Under the pieces are notes generated by a model that saw nothing but the letters and a program-made list of their open reading frames with translations, did no database searches and was not told the origin of the DNA. DNA of 64,000 nucleotides from an uncultured delta proteobacterium (GTDB taxonomy: Bacteria; Myxococcota_A; Polyangia; Polyangiales; Polyangiaceae): the NCBI GenBank assembly GCA_963716725.1, contig CAVQUB010000020.1, positions 96,001 through 160,000 on the forward strand. Reading direction: 5' to 3'. Positions within the stretch are counted from its first letter, which is position 1; every line of letters starts with the position of its first letter. This document shows positions 51,892 through 61,522 of the stretch, piece by piece. A program made the translations under genes and the position numbers.

Positions 51892-52269
51892 CTACTCCCC
51901 GCTGTCGGGCGCCGGCTGCGACAGGCACACCTGCGGTCCATCGTCACCCGCGTCTGGCGGCGGTGGCGACAGGCACACCTGCGGCCCGTCGTCGCCGGCG
52001 TCCGGCGGTGGCCTCGACAAACACGGCTGCGGCCCGGCGTCGGTTCCCGCGGTGCCGCCACTGCTCACGCCACCCGATCCGGCAGCGCCACCGCTCGCTC
52101 CACCGGAGCCGCCGCCCGAGACGGCCGCAGTGCCACCGCTGCCGCCGCCGTCAGTGTCTCCGCCGCAACCGGTGACCGAGGCGGCAGCAACTCCGGCGCT
52201 CGCAAGGGCCATTGCGACGAAGCGGGCGCGTCGCGCCATGATGAGTCGTTTGGCGTCTCCGTCCGACAT
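51892..52269 (-). CDS. small lipoprotein with three PQ(P/V)CLS repeats
   Basis: Leader KRLIMARRARFVAMALASAG, lipobox VTGC, Gly/Ser linker and three ~16-aa repeats. Confidence 0.8.
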   Translation of the reverse strand: MSDGDAKRLIMARRARFVAMALASAGVAAASVTGCGGDTDGGGSGGTAAVSGGGSGGASGGAAGSGGVSSGGTAGTDAGPQPCLSRPPPDAGDDGPQVCLSPPPPDAGDDGPQVCLSQPAPDSGE

Positions 52270-52305
52270 GACGCTGATGATGCGTCACGCAAACGCGGCT
52301 GTCAC

Positions 52306-53031
52306 TCAGTGTTTCTCCGTGAACACGCGGTCGGCGGGAACGCCCAGTTCGGTGGTCAGCAGCGCCACGCACTCCACCACCATCTCGCCGACGCCGCACA
52401 CGTAGACGCGCGAGCCCGAGAGCGGAGCGACCAGCTCCGCTAGGTGGCTCTGTACCCATCCGGTACGCCCCGACCAGCCGTTCTGGGGGCGACTCACGCA
52501 CGGCTCGTAGCGCAAGCGAGGGTGCTTGACACACAGCTGCTCGAGTTCGGCCCGCCACAAGAGCTCCGGCTCGGTGCGGGCGCCGGCCAACAACAAGATC
52601 GGCGAGTCCCCCCCCCTCGGCAGCGCGCGGTGCAGCATCGCGCGGATGGGCGCCAGCCCCGTCCCGGTGGCGACGAACACCTCCGGCGCACCATCCGGCT
52701 CTCGGCGCACGAAGCTGCCCTGCGGACCCATGACGTCGACGGCTCCGCCAATCACCACGTCGTCGAGGGCTCCCCCGCCCGCGACGGCGAGCTCGAATTG
52801 CCCCGAGGGCGCAAAGTCGGGAGCGCTGGCGATGGACAGCGGCATGCGCTTGTCGTCTCCGGCGGGCCCGACCTCGACGTACTGACCCGGAACCCAGTCG
52901 AGGGGTTCGGGGCCGAGGGTGGCGAGCGTGAGCCCACGCACGCGCGGCGACAACATCGTCTGTGCCACGAGCTCGGCTCGAACTCGACGGGGCGCGGGAA
53001 GTCCATGAAGCGCCTGCATAGTCCAAGGCAC
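52306..53031 (-). CDS. FAD/NAD(P)-binding oxidoreductase, ferredoxin-reductase (FNR) type
   Basis: PGQYV, SIASAP, GPQGSF, VATGTGLAP and VYVCG..MV. Confidence 0.88.
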   Translation of the reverse strand: MPWTMQALHGLPAPRRVRAELVAQTMLSPRVRGLTLATLGPEPLDWVPGQYVEVGPAGDDKRMPLSIASAPDFAPSGQFELAVAGGGALDDVVIGGAVDVMGPQGSFVRREPDGAPEVFVATGTGLAPIRAMLHRALPRGGDSPILLLAGARTEPELLWRAELEQLCVKHPRLRYEPCVSRPQNGWSGRTGWVQSHLAELVAPLSGSRVYVCGVGEMVVECVALLTTELGVPADRVFTEKH

Positions 53032-53074
53032 CTGCCGATCGCAACGGTTGGCATTGTGTTAGCCTGCGCCGCGC

Positions 53075-55058
53075 ATGCGGCCGATTACGAAGCTCTTGAT
53101 CGCGAACCGCGGCGAGATCGCCCTGCGCATCCAGTGGACGGCTCGAGCCATGGGCATCGGGACAGTCGCCGTCTTCTCGGACGCCGACCCCACGCCCCTT
53201 CGTGCGAGCCGCCGACGAGGCCGTGCGCATCGGGCCACCGCCCAGCGCCGAGAGCTACCTCCGCGTCGATCGCATCATCGACGCCGCGAGGCGCACCGGC
53301 GCCGACGCGGTCCACCCCGGCTTCGGCTTTCTCGCCGAGAACGCGGAGTTCGCGCGCGCCTGCGCGGACGCGGGCTTGATCTTCGTCGGACCCAGCCCCG
53401 AGGCCATCGCGAGCATGGGCTCCAAGAAGGCCGCAAAACGCCTGGTCGCCGCTGCCGGAGTGCCGGTCGTGCCCGGCGCCGAGCCCGACGATCAGTCCGC
53501 CGAGTCCATCGACCGAACACGCGCTGCGCCGTGGGCTTTCCGCTGCTTGCTCAAGGCCAGCGCGGGCGGCGGCGGCAAGGGCATGCGGGTGGTGAGGCGC
53601 GCTGAGGACTTGCTCTCCGCCATCGAAGGCGCCAAGCGCGAGGCCAGGAGCGCCTTCGGTGACGACACCCTGCTGGTAGAGAGGTACATCGAGCGACCGC
53701 GTCACGTCGAAATCCAGATCCTGGGCGATCGTCACGGCAACCTGCTGCACTTGTTCGAACGCGAGTGCTCGATCCAGCGCCGCCACCAGAAGATCGTCGA
53801 AGAATCGCCATCGCCAGCCCTGGACCCGGATCTCCGCGCCAAGATGGGCGCGGCAGCGGTGACCGTGGGCAAGGCCGTCGGCTACGAGAACGCCGGCACC
53901 GTCGAGTTCATCCTGGCCCAAGACGGCGCTTTCTACTTCCTGGAGGTCAACACGCGGCTTCAGGTCGAGCACCCGGTGACCGAGTGCGTGACGGGCATCG
54001 ACATCGTGCGCGAGCAGATCCTGATCGCGCAGGGTCAGCCGCTGACGTTCCAGCAGGAAGACCTGCGCCAGAACGGTCACGCGGTCGAGTGTCGCCTGTA
54101 CGCCGAGGACGCCGACAATCACTTCTTGCCGACCACCGGCAAACTCGTGGACTGGTTCGTGCCCGAGATGCCGGGACTGCGCGTGGACTCGGGCGTCGAA
54201 CAGGGCTCCGAGGTCGGCATCCACTACGATCCGATGCTGGCCAAGGTGATCACGCACGCGCCCAGCCGAGGCGAGGCCATCCAAAAGATGATCGGTGCGC
54301 TCTCGCGCCTGAGCGCCGAAGGCCTGGTCACGAACCGTGAGTTCCTGCTGCGCGTGCTGTCGCACCCCGAGTTCCGCGCGGGCGCTACCCACACTCACTT
54401 CATCGACGAGCACCTCGCGGAGCGGCCCGAGGATCCGAAGCGCGCCGAGCGCGAGCGCTGGGCGGCCGTCGCAGCGACTCTGGCGGGCCGCGACCACCGA
54501 AGGCGCGATGGCCGGATTTTGCCGGGCCTCGAGCCTGGATTCCGCAACAACCCCAACCGCCGCGAGTGGGTAGAGTACCGCCTGGCGGATCGCCACGTCC
54601 GCGTCGAATACGCGGGACTCGGGTCGGGCAAACTCGCGATGAGCGTCGACGGCAGCGAGCACGTGGTGCGTGACGTGAGCGCCGAAGAGCGACAGGTGAG
54701 CTTCGAAGACGAGGCCGGCGCACGTCGGGCGTTCCGGGTCAGTCGCCGCGCCGATCACTGGTTCGTACACGCGGTCGGCGGGTCGTTCACCTTGGTCGAG
54801 CTCCCGCGCTTCCCCGAGAAGCAGACCAGCGTCGCGCCCGGCTCTTGCGTCGCGCCGATGCCCGGCAAGGTGGTCAAGGTCGTCGCGCTCGAAGGAACCG
54901 CGGTCGCGGCCGGCGACGTGCTGGTGGTGCTCGAAGCCATGAAGATGGAGCACTCGGTCAGGGCGCCGGAGGCAGGGGTCGTGAAGCAACTCCTGGTCTC
55001 CGAGGGGGAACAGGTCGAGGCCGATGCGGTGTTGGCCATCGTCGGTGCCGCCGAGTGA
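53075..55058 (+). CDS. acyl-CoA carboxylase alpha subunit (biotin carboxylase + biotinyl domain), MCC/AtuF-like (frameshift near 53195)
   Basis: [54 protein letters not shown] and the EAMKM biotin site. Confidence 0.93.
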
Positions 55059-55106
55059 AGCGCTGGCGGAGGCTCGTGGTGCCGCTGGCGCTGCCCTTGC
55101 TGTGAG

Positions 55107-56282
55107 CTACGGCGCCGTTCGCATCGCCGGTGGGCTGGGAGCGTCCGGAGTCGCGGTGCGCCATCGCCAAACCAGGGCGGCGGACACCACCAGCACCACG
55201 ACCGCCAGCACGCTCATGACCACGGCGACGGGCAAGAGCACGCTCCGCGGCGGCGCCGGAGGCGGCCAGCTCGTGGGCGCCTGCAGCGGCTGGACCAACG
55301 TGGGTTGGTTCCCCGACGGGGGCGCGAGCAACTCGGTCGGCTGGTTCCCCGAGGGCGGTGCCAAAAGCAGCGTCTCCACCTGACCCGACGGCAGCTCTCC
55401 CTCCGGAGGCATCTGCACCGCCGGCCCGAGCGCCGCCACGGGAAGCTGCGGGATCAGCTGCTCGAGCACGGTCAGCATCTGCTGGCCGACAGGAAAGCGG
55501 TGGGCCGGATCCTTGTCGAGGGCGCGCCTGAGCAGGGGGCCGAATACCGATTGTTCGACCGCCGCTGGCAGGGCCACCGGATCGGGTGACAGCTGAACCC
55601 GCGCGGCCTCGAGGGGCGTTCCGCGCACCAGCGCATGACCGCACGACATCTCGGCCAGCATCATGCCGACGGCGTAGAGGTCCATGCTCGGAATCGGCGG
55701 CTGGCCCAGGATCTGGTCCGGAGGCATGTAGCGCGGCGTCCCGATCACCATGCCGGCGGCGGTGAGCGGCGCGCTCTCGCTGGTCTTCGCGATCCCAAAA
55801 TCGAGCACTTTCACGAAATCGGACTCACCCGCAAAGGTGCAAATGAAGATGTTGCCCGGCTTCATGTCGCGATGCACGACTCCAAGCGCGTGAGCCTCCA
55901 TCAAGCTCTTCAGGATTTGCGAGACGATCCGTGCCGTGCGCTGCTGGCCGAGGGGCCCCTCGCGCTTGATCAGGGCCTCGAGCGTCTCGCCGGACAACAG
56001 CTCGTACACGATGAACGGGCTCGGGCGGCGACCCAAGTCGAAGTCGAGCAGGTGCACCGTGTTGGGATGGGTGAGCTGACGAGCTAGCTCGGCTTCACGT
56101 CGGAAGCGCTGCTCGCCGGCGGCGTCGACGCTGTCGGCGCTCATGATCTTGATGGCCACCTCTCGCCCGATGCGCAGCTCGGTGGCGCGAAAGACCTGAC
56201 TGAAACCGCCGTGACCGATCTCGGCCTCCAGCCGATAGCGCTGGGCGAGCACCATACCGGGAGCTGGAATGACCTGTTCCAA
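55107..56282 (-). CDS. Hanks-type Ser/Thr protein kinase with C-terminal TM helix
   Basis: IGHGGFSQV, VAIK, HRDMKPGN, DFG and GTPRYM; hydrophobic helix near the C-terminus. Confidence 0.93.
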   Translation of the reverse strand: MEQVIPAPGMVLAQRYRLEAEIGHGGFSQVFRATELRIGREVAIKIMSADSVDAAGEQRFRREAELARQLTHPNTVHLLDFDLGRRPSPFIVYELLSGETLEALIKREGPLGQQRTARIVSQILKSLMEAHALGVVHRDMKPGNIFICTFAGESDFVKVLDFGIAKTSESAPLTAAGMVIGTPRYMPPDQILGQPPIPSMDLYAVGMMLAEMSCGHALVRGTPLEAARVQLSPDPVALPAAVEQSVFGPLLRRALDKDPAHRFPVGQQMLTVLEQLIPQLPVAALGPAVQMPPEGELPSGQVETLLLAPPSGNQPTELLAPPSGNQPTLVQPLQAPTSWPPPAPPRSVLLPVAVVMSVLAVVVLVVSAALVWRWRTATPDAPSPPAMRTAP

Positions 56283-56593
56283 GCCCGATCGTGCTAGCGC
56301 CGGCGGCTGGCGCGATGCAAGCGCTGGTTTCCGCTGGCAGGGTCCGGGATGCGTTTCGCGGGACTTTGGCTCACGGGGGCGTTGGCCCCGGCGAGCTGCG
56401 GACAGGACGAGCGCGCGCCGGCCGTGGGGCTGGGCGATCCGGCCTGGACGCCCGGGCCTGAGCGCTGCGACGCGCAGGAGCTCGATGACCTGTCACGCTT
56501 CCGGGACTGCTCCCGGGGCAGCGGCATCTTCGGTCGCTGGGGCGAGCACGGAGAGACCGCCGCGATCGCGGGAAGGCCCCTTCGATCCGCGCT

Positions 56594-59548
56594 TCAGAGC
56601 AGCCCCGCTCGCCCGGCCTTTCGGCGCTGGATTTCGGTTTCGATCATCGCGACGTGCTCGTGCTCCTCCGCTTCGAGCTCACGATACAGGCGCCACACCG
56701 CGCTGCCGCGCACGAGCTCCGACGAGCGCCTCGCGAAGAACTGCTTCGCGCGTTCTTCGAGGGCCGCGGCCAGCTCGAGCAACTCGATGGCGGTCGACGG
56801 CTCGGAGTTGGTCCCAGCATAGAGTTCGCTCACGTCGGGTCCGAGGGCCATCTCTCCGAGCCCCGGCGTGCTCACGTGGTAGCGCGCCGCGAGCAGGTCG
56901 ATGTGCTCGCGCTCCATGGCCGCCAGCCGTCCGAACATGTCCGCCAGTTCGGGATCCGTCGTGAGCTTGGCGCCCCGCGCGTAGAACGCCCAGCCTCCCA
57001 GCTCGATCTCCATGGCCTTTTGCACCGCATCGCGGGCGGCATCGTCCAGCTCGGTTTCGGCTCGCACCCGGCTGAGCGTGCCGTTGCAAGCTGCGCAACG
57101 CCCGAAGGGGAAGGCGAAGCCCTCGTGGACTTTGTGGCAGGACAGGCACTGCCAGGTGATGGTGGCGCCCGCACAGCACACGTAGGGCTCCCCGCGTTCG
57201 ATGCGCCCGTGGCAGCGCGGACACTTGCCTTCCCCCGCCGGAAACTCCTCGACTCCGGGCTCGATGGCCGTGGGAGGCCAGACCCGACGCTCCAAGAATC
57301 GACTGATGTGTCGCGCCGCCCGGCGACCGGCGCCCAGCGCGAGGATCACGGTGGCGCCGCCGGTGACGATGTCACCTCCGGCGAAGACGCCTTCCACGTT
57401 CGTCGCCTGCGTGAGCGGATCCGCCTCGATGTAGCCCCACTTGGTCAACTTCAGCTCCGCCACCGATCGCGGCACGATGGGGTTGGCCCGGGTGCCGAGC
57501 GCGTAGATCACGGTCGTGGCCGGGAGCTCCGAGAACTCTCCCTCCAGCGGCACCGGCTTGCGACGCCCGGAGGCATCGGGCTCGCCGAGCTCCATCTGCT
57601 GGCAGCGCAGTCCGCGGACGTTCTCACTCTCGTCGAGCAGGATCTCGGTCGGCGCCCGGAGAAAGTGGAAGCTCACGCCCTCTTCCCGCGCGTGCCGGAT
57701 TTCTTCGATGCGGGCCGGGGCCTCGGCTTCGGTGCGCCGGTACACGCACTGCACGCGCTTCGTGCCGAGGCGCTTGGCGACGCGCAAGCAGTCCATGGCG
57801 GTATTGCCCGCACCGATGACGACCACCGAGTCACCGAGCTCGATAGGAGTGTCGCGGTACGGAAAGCGATCGCCACCCATCAGGTTGACACGCGTCAGAA
57901 ACTCGTTGGCGCTCAGCACTTGACCGGCGCCTTCGCCGGGCAAGCCCAAGAACACGGGGTAGCCGGCGCCCGTCGCCACGAACAACGCCGAGAAGCCCAT
58001 CTCGCCAAGCAATTGCTCGACGGTGAAGGTCTTGCCAACGACCTTGTTCACCTCGAAGCGCACGCCGAGCTGTTCGAGCGCTCGCACTTCCTTCTCGATG
58101 AACTCGCGGGGAAGCCGGAAGCTCGGGATGCCGTAGCGCAGCACCCCACCGACGACGTGCAGGGCCTCGTAGACGATCACCTCGACGCCCTCGCGGGCCA
58201 GATCACCGGCGCAGGCGAGGCCCGCCGGGCCCGAGCCCACGATGGCGACGCGACCTTTCGACGGGTCTTTGGGCACGGGCTCGAAGATGGGCGGCGGCGC
58301 GTTGTCGCCCACGAAGCGCTCGAGGCGCCCGATGGCCACCGGCTCCATCTTCTTGTGCAAGACGCACTGCGCCTCACATTGGCTCTCTTGGGGGCAGACG
58401 CGGCCGCAGATGGCCGGAAACAGGTTGCTCTCGTGGATCACCGACAGCGCGCCCGGCAGGTCGCGCACGAGCATGTGCCGGATGAAGCGCGGAATGTCGA
58501 TGTTGACCGGGCAGCCCTCGATGCAGGTCGGTCGCACGCATTGGATGCAGCGCTCGGCTTCCAGGAGCGCGTTCTGCTCGGTGTAGCCGAGGTTCACTTC
58601 GTCGAAGCTCTGCGCGCGCTCGAGGGCAGCACGCTCGGGCATGGCAGTGGCGGTGGGAAGCACCGCCTTGAGCTTCTTGTAGTTGCGCTTGCCCTGTTCG
58701 AAGAGCTGAAGGTCGAGGTTGCAGACGTGGGCGAAGTCAGCCTCCGCACGCTGCTCGGGACCTCGGAAGCGACGCTGACGGATGGCAAGCTCGCCGAAAT
58801 CCACTTGGTGGGCGTCGAAGTCCGGCCCGTCCACACAGGCAAAGCGCAAGTCGCCGCCCACGGTGACCCGACACGAGCCGCACATGCCGGTCCCGTCCAC
58901 CATGATGGCGTTTAGGCTCACGATGGTGGGCACGCCGCTCGGCCGCGTCACCTCGGCCACCGCCCGCATCATGGCCAAGGGTCCAATGGCGATGACCCGC
59001 TTCGGCTTCGGCTCCTTGGCGATCACCTCTGCTACCGCGTCGGTCACGAGCCCCGCCCGCCCCAAGCTGCCGTCGTCCGTGCATACGACGACCTGATCGC
59101 TGATTTCCCGGAACCGTTCCTGCCAGAACACGAGGTTCTTCGAGCGAAATCCGATGATGCTGGTGACGCGGTGGCCCGCTTCCTTGAAGGCGCGCGCCTG
59201 CGGGTAGATCGGCGCCACACCGAGTCCGCCGCCGACGAGCACCACGTGACCGGGCTCGTCGACGTGACTGGCGGTCCCAAGCGGCCCGACGAAATCCAGG
59301 AACCAGTCCCCTTCACGGTACTTGGCCAGCATCTCGCGCGTCGAGCGCCCGAGGGCCTGGATCACCAGGGTGACGGTGCCGCGCCGGCGGTCGAAGTCGG
59401 CGATGGTGAGGGGGATGCGCTCGCCGTTCTCGTGCAGGCGGAGCATCACGAACTGCCCGGGCTGTGATGCCTTGGCGACGTCCGGAGCGAAGACCTCCCA
59501 GAGGAAGGTGGTGTCCGAGAAGCTCTGGTGGCGAACGATCTGGTACAC
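56594..59548 (-). CDS. fused NfnA/PyrK-like + NfnB/GltD-like oxidoreductase + CxxC metal ribbon + rubrerythrin/ferritin-like domain
   Basis: GTG at 59548. PGQFV, ERIPLTIAD, MVDGTGMCGSCRV...CVDGP; RCIQC..C..GCP and CGRVCPQESQC; GSGPAG and GAGNTAMD; CLSC...CAAC; E..G..FY...EREH and E....FF...EHEH. Confidence 0.92.
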   Translation of the reverse strand: MYQIVRHQSFSDTTFLWEVFAPDVAKASQPGQFVMLRLHENGERIPLTIADFDRRRGTVTLVIQALGRSTREMLAKYREGDWFLDFVGPLGTASHVDEPGHVVLVGGGLGVAPIYPQARAFKEAGHRVTSIIGFRSKNLVFWQERFREISDQVVVCTDDGSLGRAGLVTDAVAEVIAKEPKPKRVIAIGPLAMMRAVAEVTRPSGVPTIVSLNAIMVDGTGMCGSCRVTVGGDLRFACVDGPDFDAHQVDFGELAIRQRRFRGPEQRAEADFAHVCNLDLQLFEQGKRNYKKLKAVLPTATAMPERAALERAQSFDEVNLGYTEQNALLEAERCIQCVRPTCIEGCPVNIDIPRFIRHMLVRDLPGALSVIHESNLFPAICGRVCPQESQCEAQCVLHKKMEPVAIGRLERFVGDNAPPPIFEPVPKDPSKGRVAIVGSGPAGLACAGDLAREGVEVIVYEALHVVGGVLRYGIPSFRLPREFIEKEVRALEQLGVRFEVNKVVGKTFTVEQLLGEMGFSALFVATGAGYPVFLGLPGEGAGQVLSANEFLTRVNLMGGDRFPYRDTPIELGDSVVVIGAGNTAMDCLRVAKRLGTKRVQCVYRRTEAEAPARIEEIRHAREEGVSFHFLRAPTEILLDESENVRGLRCQQMELGEPDASGRRKPVPLEGEFSELPATTVIYALGTRANPIVPRSVAELKLTKWGYIEADPLTQATNVEGVFAGGDIVTGGATVILALGAGRRAARHISRFLERRVWPPTAIEPGVEEFPAGEGKCPRCHGRIERGEPYVCCAGATITWQCLSCHKVHEGFAFPFGRCAACNGTLSRVRAETELDDAARDAVQKAMEIELGGWAFYARGAKLTTDPELADMFGRLAAMEREHIDLLAARYHVSTPGLGEMALGPDVSELYAGTNSEPSTAIELLELAAALEERAKQFFARRSSELVRGSAVWRLYRELEAEEHEHVAMIETEIQRRKAGRAGLL

Positions 59549-59666
59549 GCGGGAGGAGCATTGTCCTATCCCGCGAGCGGTTCCCAGGGAAATCGGGCTC
59601 GCTCCCTTCGGGAAATTCTGCGCGGCTCGATTCCAACCGGCAACGCAGGACCTATACTTCCGCGAC

Positions 59667-60317
59667 GTGAACTTCTTCGGCCACGCAGCGGTCGCCGCTT
59701 GGCGCTCGACCGATCCGAGCTTCGTGCTCGGCTCGATGCTGCCGGACTTCGCGACCATGATCCGCGCACGGCAGCCGCAGGTCGGGCACGCCACGCTCGC
59801 CGACGGCGTCGCCTACCATCACCGCACCGACGATGCGTTCCACGACTCCGGCGTGTTCCGGGAGCTGATGCGCGAAGCTCACGACCAGCTGTCGACGGCG
59901 GGTCTGCGCCGCGGCAGCGCCCGCGCGGTGGCGCACGTCGGCGTGGAAATCCTCCTCGACGGGGTGCTCGCGGATGCTCCGAGCGCGCGTCATGCCTATC
60001 TGTCGGCCCTCGCTCGGGCTCCGCTCTTGGCCTCCGAACTCGAGTGGCGAACTGACGCCGACGCCGCAGCGTTCCGGGGCTTGCTCCGGGCTCTGGCGGG
60101 CCGCGGGCTCTCGCGCGAGCACACCGCTCCGACCGTGGTCGCGTTGCGCGTCGAGCGAACCCTCTCGGATCGTCCGCGGCTGGCCATCGACCCCGGCCAG
60201 CTCGAGCTCGTCGCGCACTGGGCTTCGACGATGATGGACGCCGTCCGGACGGAGACCCCCCGACTCGTGTCGGAGCTCGAGTCTGCTCTCTTGTCTTCCT
60301 CCGGGCTCGCCCGCTGA
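59667..60317 (+). CDS. AcpH/ACP-phosphodiesterase-like metal-dependent hydrolase
   Basis: VNFFGH, LGSMLPDF, GVAYHHRTDDAFH and HVGVEILLD. Confidence 0.7.
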   Translation: MNFFGHAAVAAWRSTDPSFVLGSMLPDFATMIRARQPQVGHATLADGVAYHHRTDDAFHDSGVFRELMREAHDQLSTAGLRRGSARAVAHVGVEILLDGVLADAPSARHAYLSALARAPLLASELEWRTDADAAAFRGLLRALAGRGLSREHTAPTVVALRVERTLSDRPRLAIDPGQLELVAHWASTMMDAVRTETPRLVSELESALLSSSGLAR

Positions 60318-60337
60318 GGTAGGCTCCGGCAACAATC

Positions 60338-61519
60338 ATGGCAGAAGCAGCGGGCGGACTCGGGATCGCGCGGGGCGTGGTCAAAGTGCTCGCGCTCGTC
60401 GTCGGCTTCGCTCTCGTGGCGCTGTCGCTGATGGCCCTGGTCGGAGCCGTCACGCAAAACGTCTGGGCGCGGCTCGGCGTCGCGCTGGTCGTCGCCCTGG
60501 TGGTGCCCGCCGTGATCACCGACCGCCTGCTGCCCGCCGGCGACAATCTCTCACGCGCCAAGGGCCTCCTGGGTGACGTCTTCGCGGTCTCGTGGCTGGG
60601 CGCGGGCGTGGTCTCGGTGGTCGCCTTCGGCGCGTTCATGCGGCCGCTCTTGGTGCGCGAGGCGGACCGACTCGCCGCCTCCGGGGTCGGTCCCATCGCC
60701 GAGCTGGCGTTTCTCCTCGGCGGCGCCAAGCCCGAGGCCGGCGCGCCAATCTCACCTGCAAGCGCGGCGCCGGATCCCGCCGCCGCTCCTTCGGCAAGCG
60801 CAGCGTCGGTTGGCGTGGTCCCATCCGCATCGGCTTCGCCCGAAGTCGACGCCGGCCCCCCCAAGAAGCAGGACAAGTCCGAGCTCGGTCCCGCCGAGCT
60901 GTTCAAGAGGCTCTCGCCCTCGGTCGTCACCGTGAGCATCAAGAGCGGCGACCGCGGCGGGGGCGGTACCGGGTTCCTGTTGGACCAGAGCGGAACCATC
61001 GCGACGAACCGGCACGTGGTCGAAGAGGCTGACTCTCTGTCCGTCAAGTTCATCAACGGCGCGGTCTACGAAGACGTCGAGTTGCTCGTCGAGGACGCCG
61101 GACACGACCTGGCGCTCTTGCGCGTCGAGCTCGCGAAGCCCAAAGACGGCAAGGCGCCGAAGACGGATCCCGTGAAGCTCGGGAACTCCGACGACGTCGA
61201 GGTCGGCGAGCGCGTGCTCTCCATCGGCAATCCCCTGGGACTGGAGCACACGCTGACCGACGGCCTCGTCTCGCAGCGCCGCACCTACATGGGCCGGCAG
61301 TGGATCCAGATGTCAGCGCCGGTGTCGCCCGGTAACTCGGGCGGTCCCCTCTTCGACATGAAGGGAAACGTCATCGGGGTGACGACAGCCATCGTCGGCC
61401 CGATCATCGGCCAGAACTTGAACCTCGCCGTCCCCGTCAACGCGCTCAGAGCGCTGATTCGCCCCGACTACCCCCAACGTCGCAAGATCGGAAAGGCCGG
61501 CAAGGCCGGCACCTGGTGA
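60338..61519 (+). CDS. membrane-anchored trypsin-like (S1C) serine protease without PDZ
   Basis: Three N-terminal TM helices; TNRHVV, DLALL and SPGNSGGP. Confidence 0.9.
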   Translation: MAEAAGGLGIARGVVKVLALVVGFALVALSLMALVGAVTQNVWARLGVALVVALVVPAVITDRLLPAGDNLSRAKGLLGDVFAVSWLGAGVVSVVAFGAFMRPLLVREADRLAASGVGPIAELAFLLGGAKPEAGAPISPASAAPDPAAAPSASAASVGVVPSASASPEVDAGPPKKQDKSELGPAELFKRLSPSVVTVSIKSGDRGGGGTGFLLDQSGTIATNRHVVEEADSLSVKFINGAVYEDVELLVEDAGHDLALLRVELAKPKDGKAPKTDPVKLGNSDDVEVGERVLSIGNPLGLEHTLTDGLVSQRRTYMGRQWIQMSAPVSPGNSGGPLFDMKGNVIGVTTAIVGPIIGQNLNLAVPVNALRALIRPDYPQRRKIGKAGKAGTW

Positions 61520-61522
61520 GTC

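Noticed and set aside
56349..56590. Possible 5' remnant of a lipoprotein gene (MRFAGLWLTGALAPASC...)
   Set aside because: It has a weak signal-like start but runs antisense into the Nfn fusion and cannot be supported without a homology search.
56594..58700. Annotation as glutamate synthase small subunit
   Set aside because: It is fused to an NfnA/PyrK module and no large subunit is in the window, so an Nfn/Sud-type assignment fits better.
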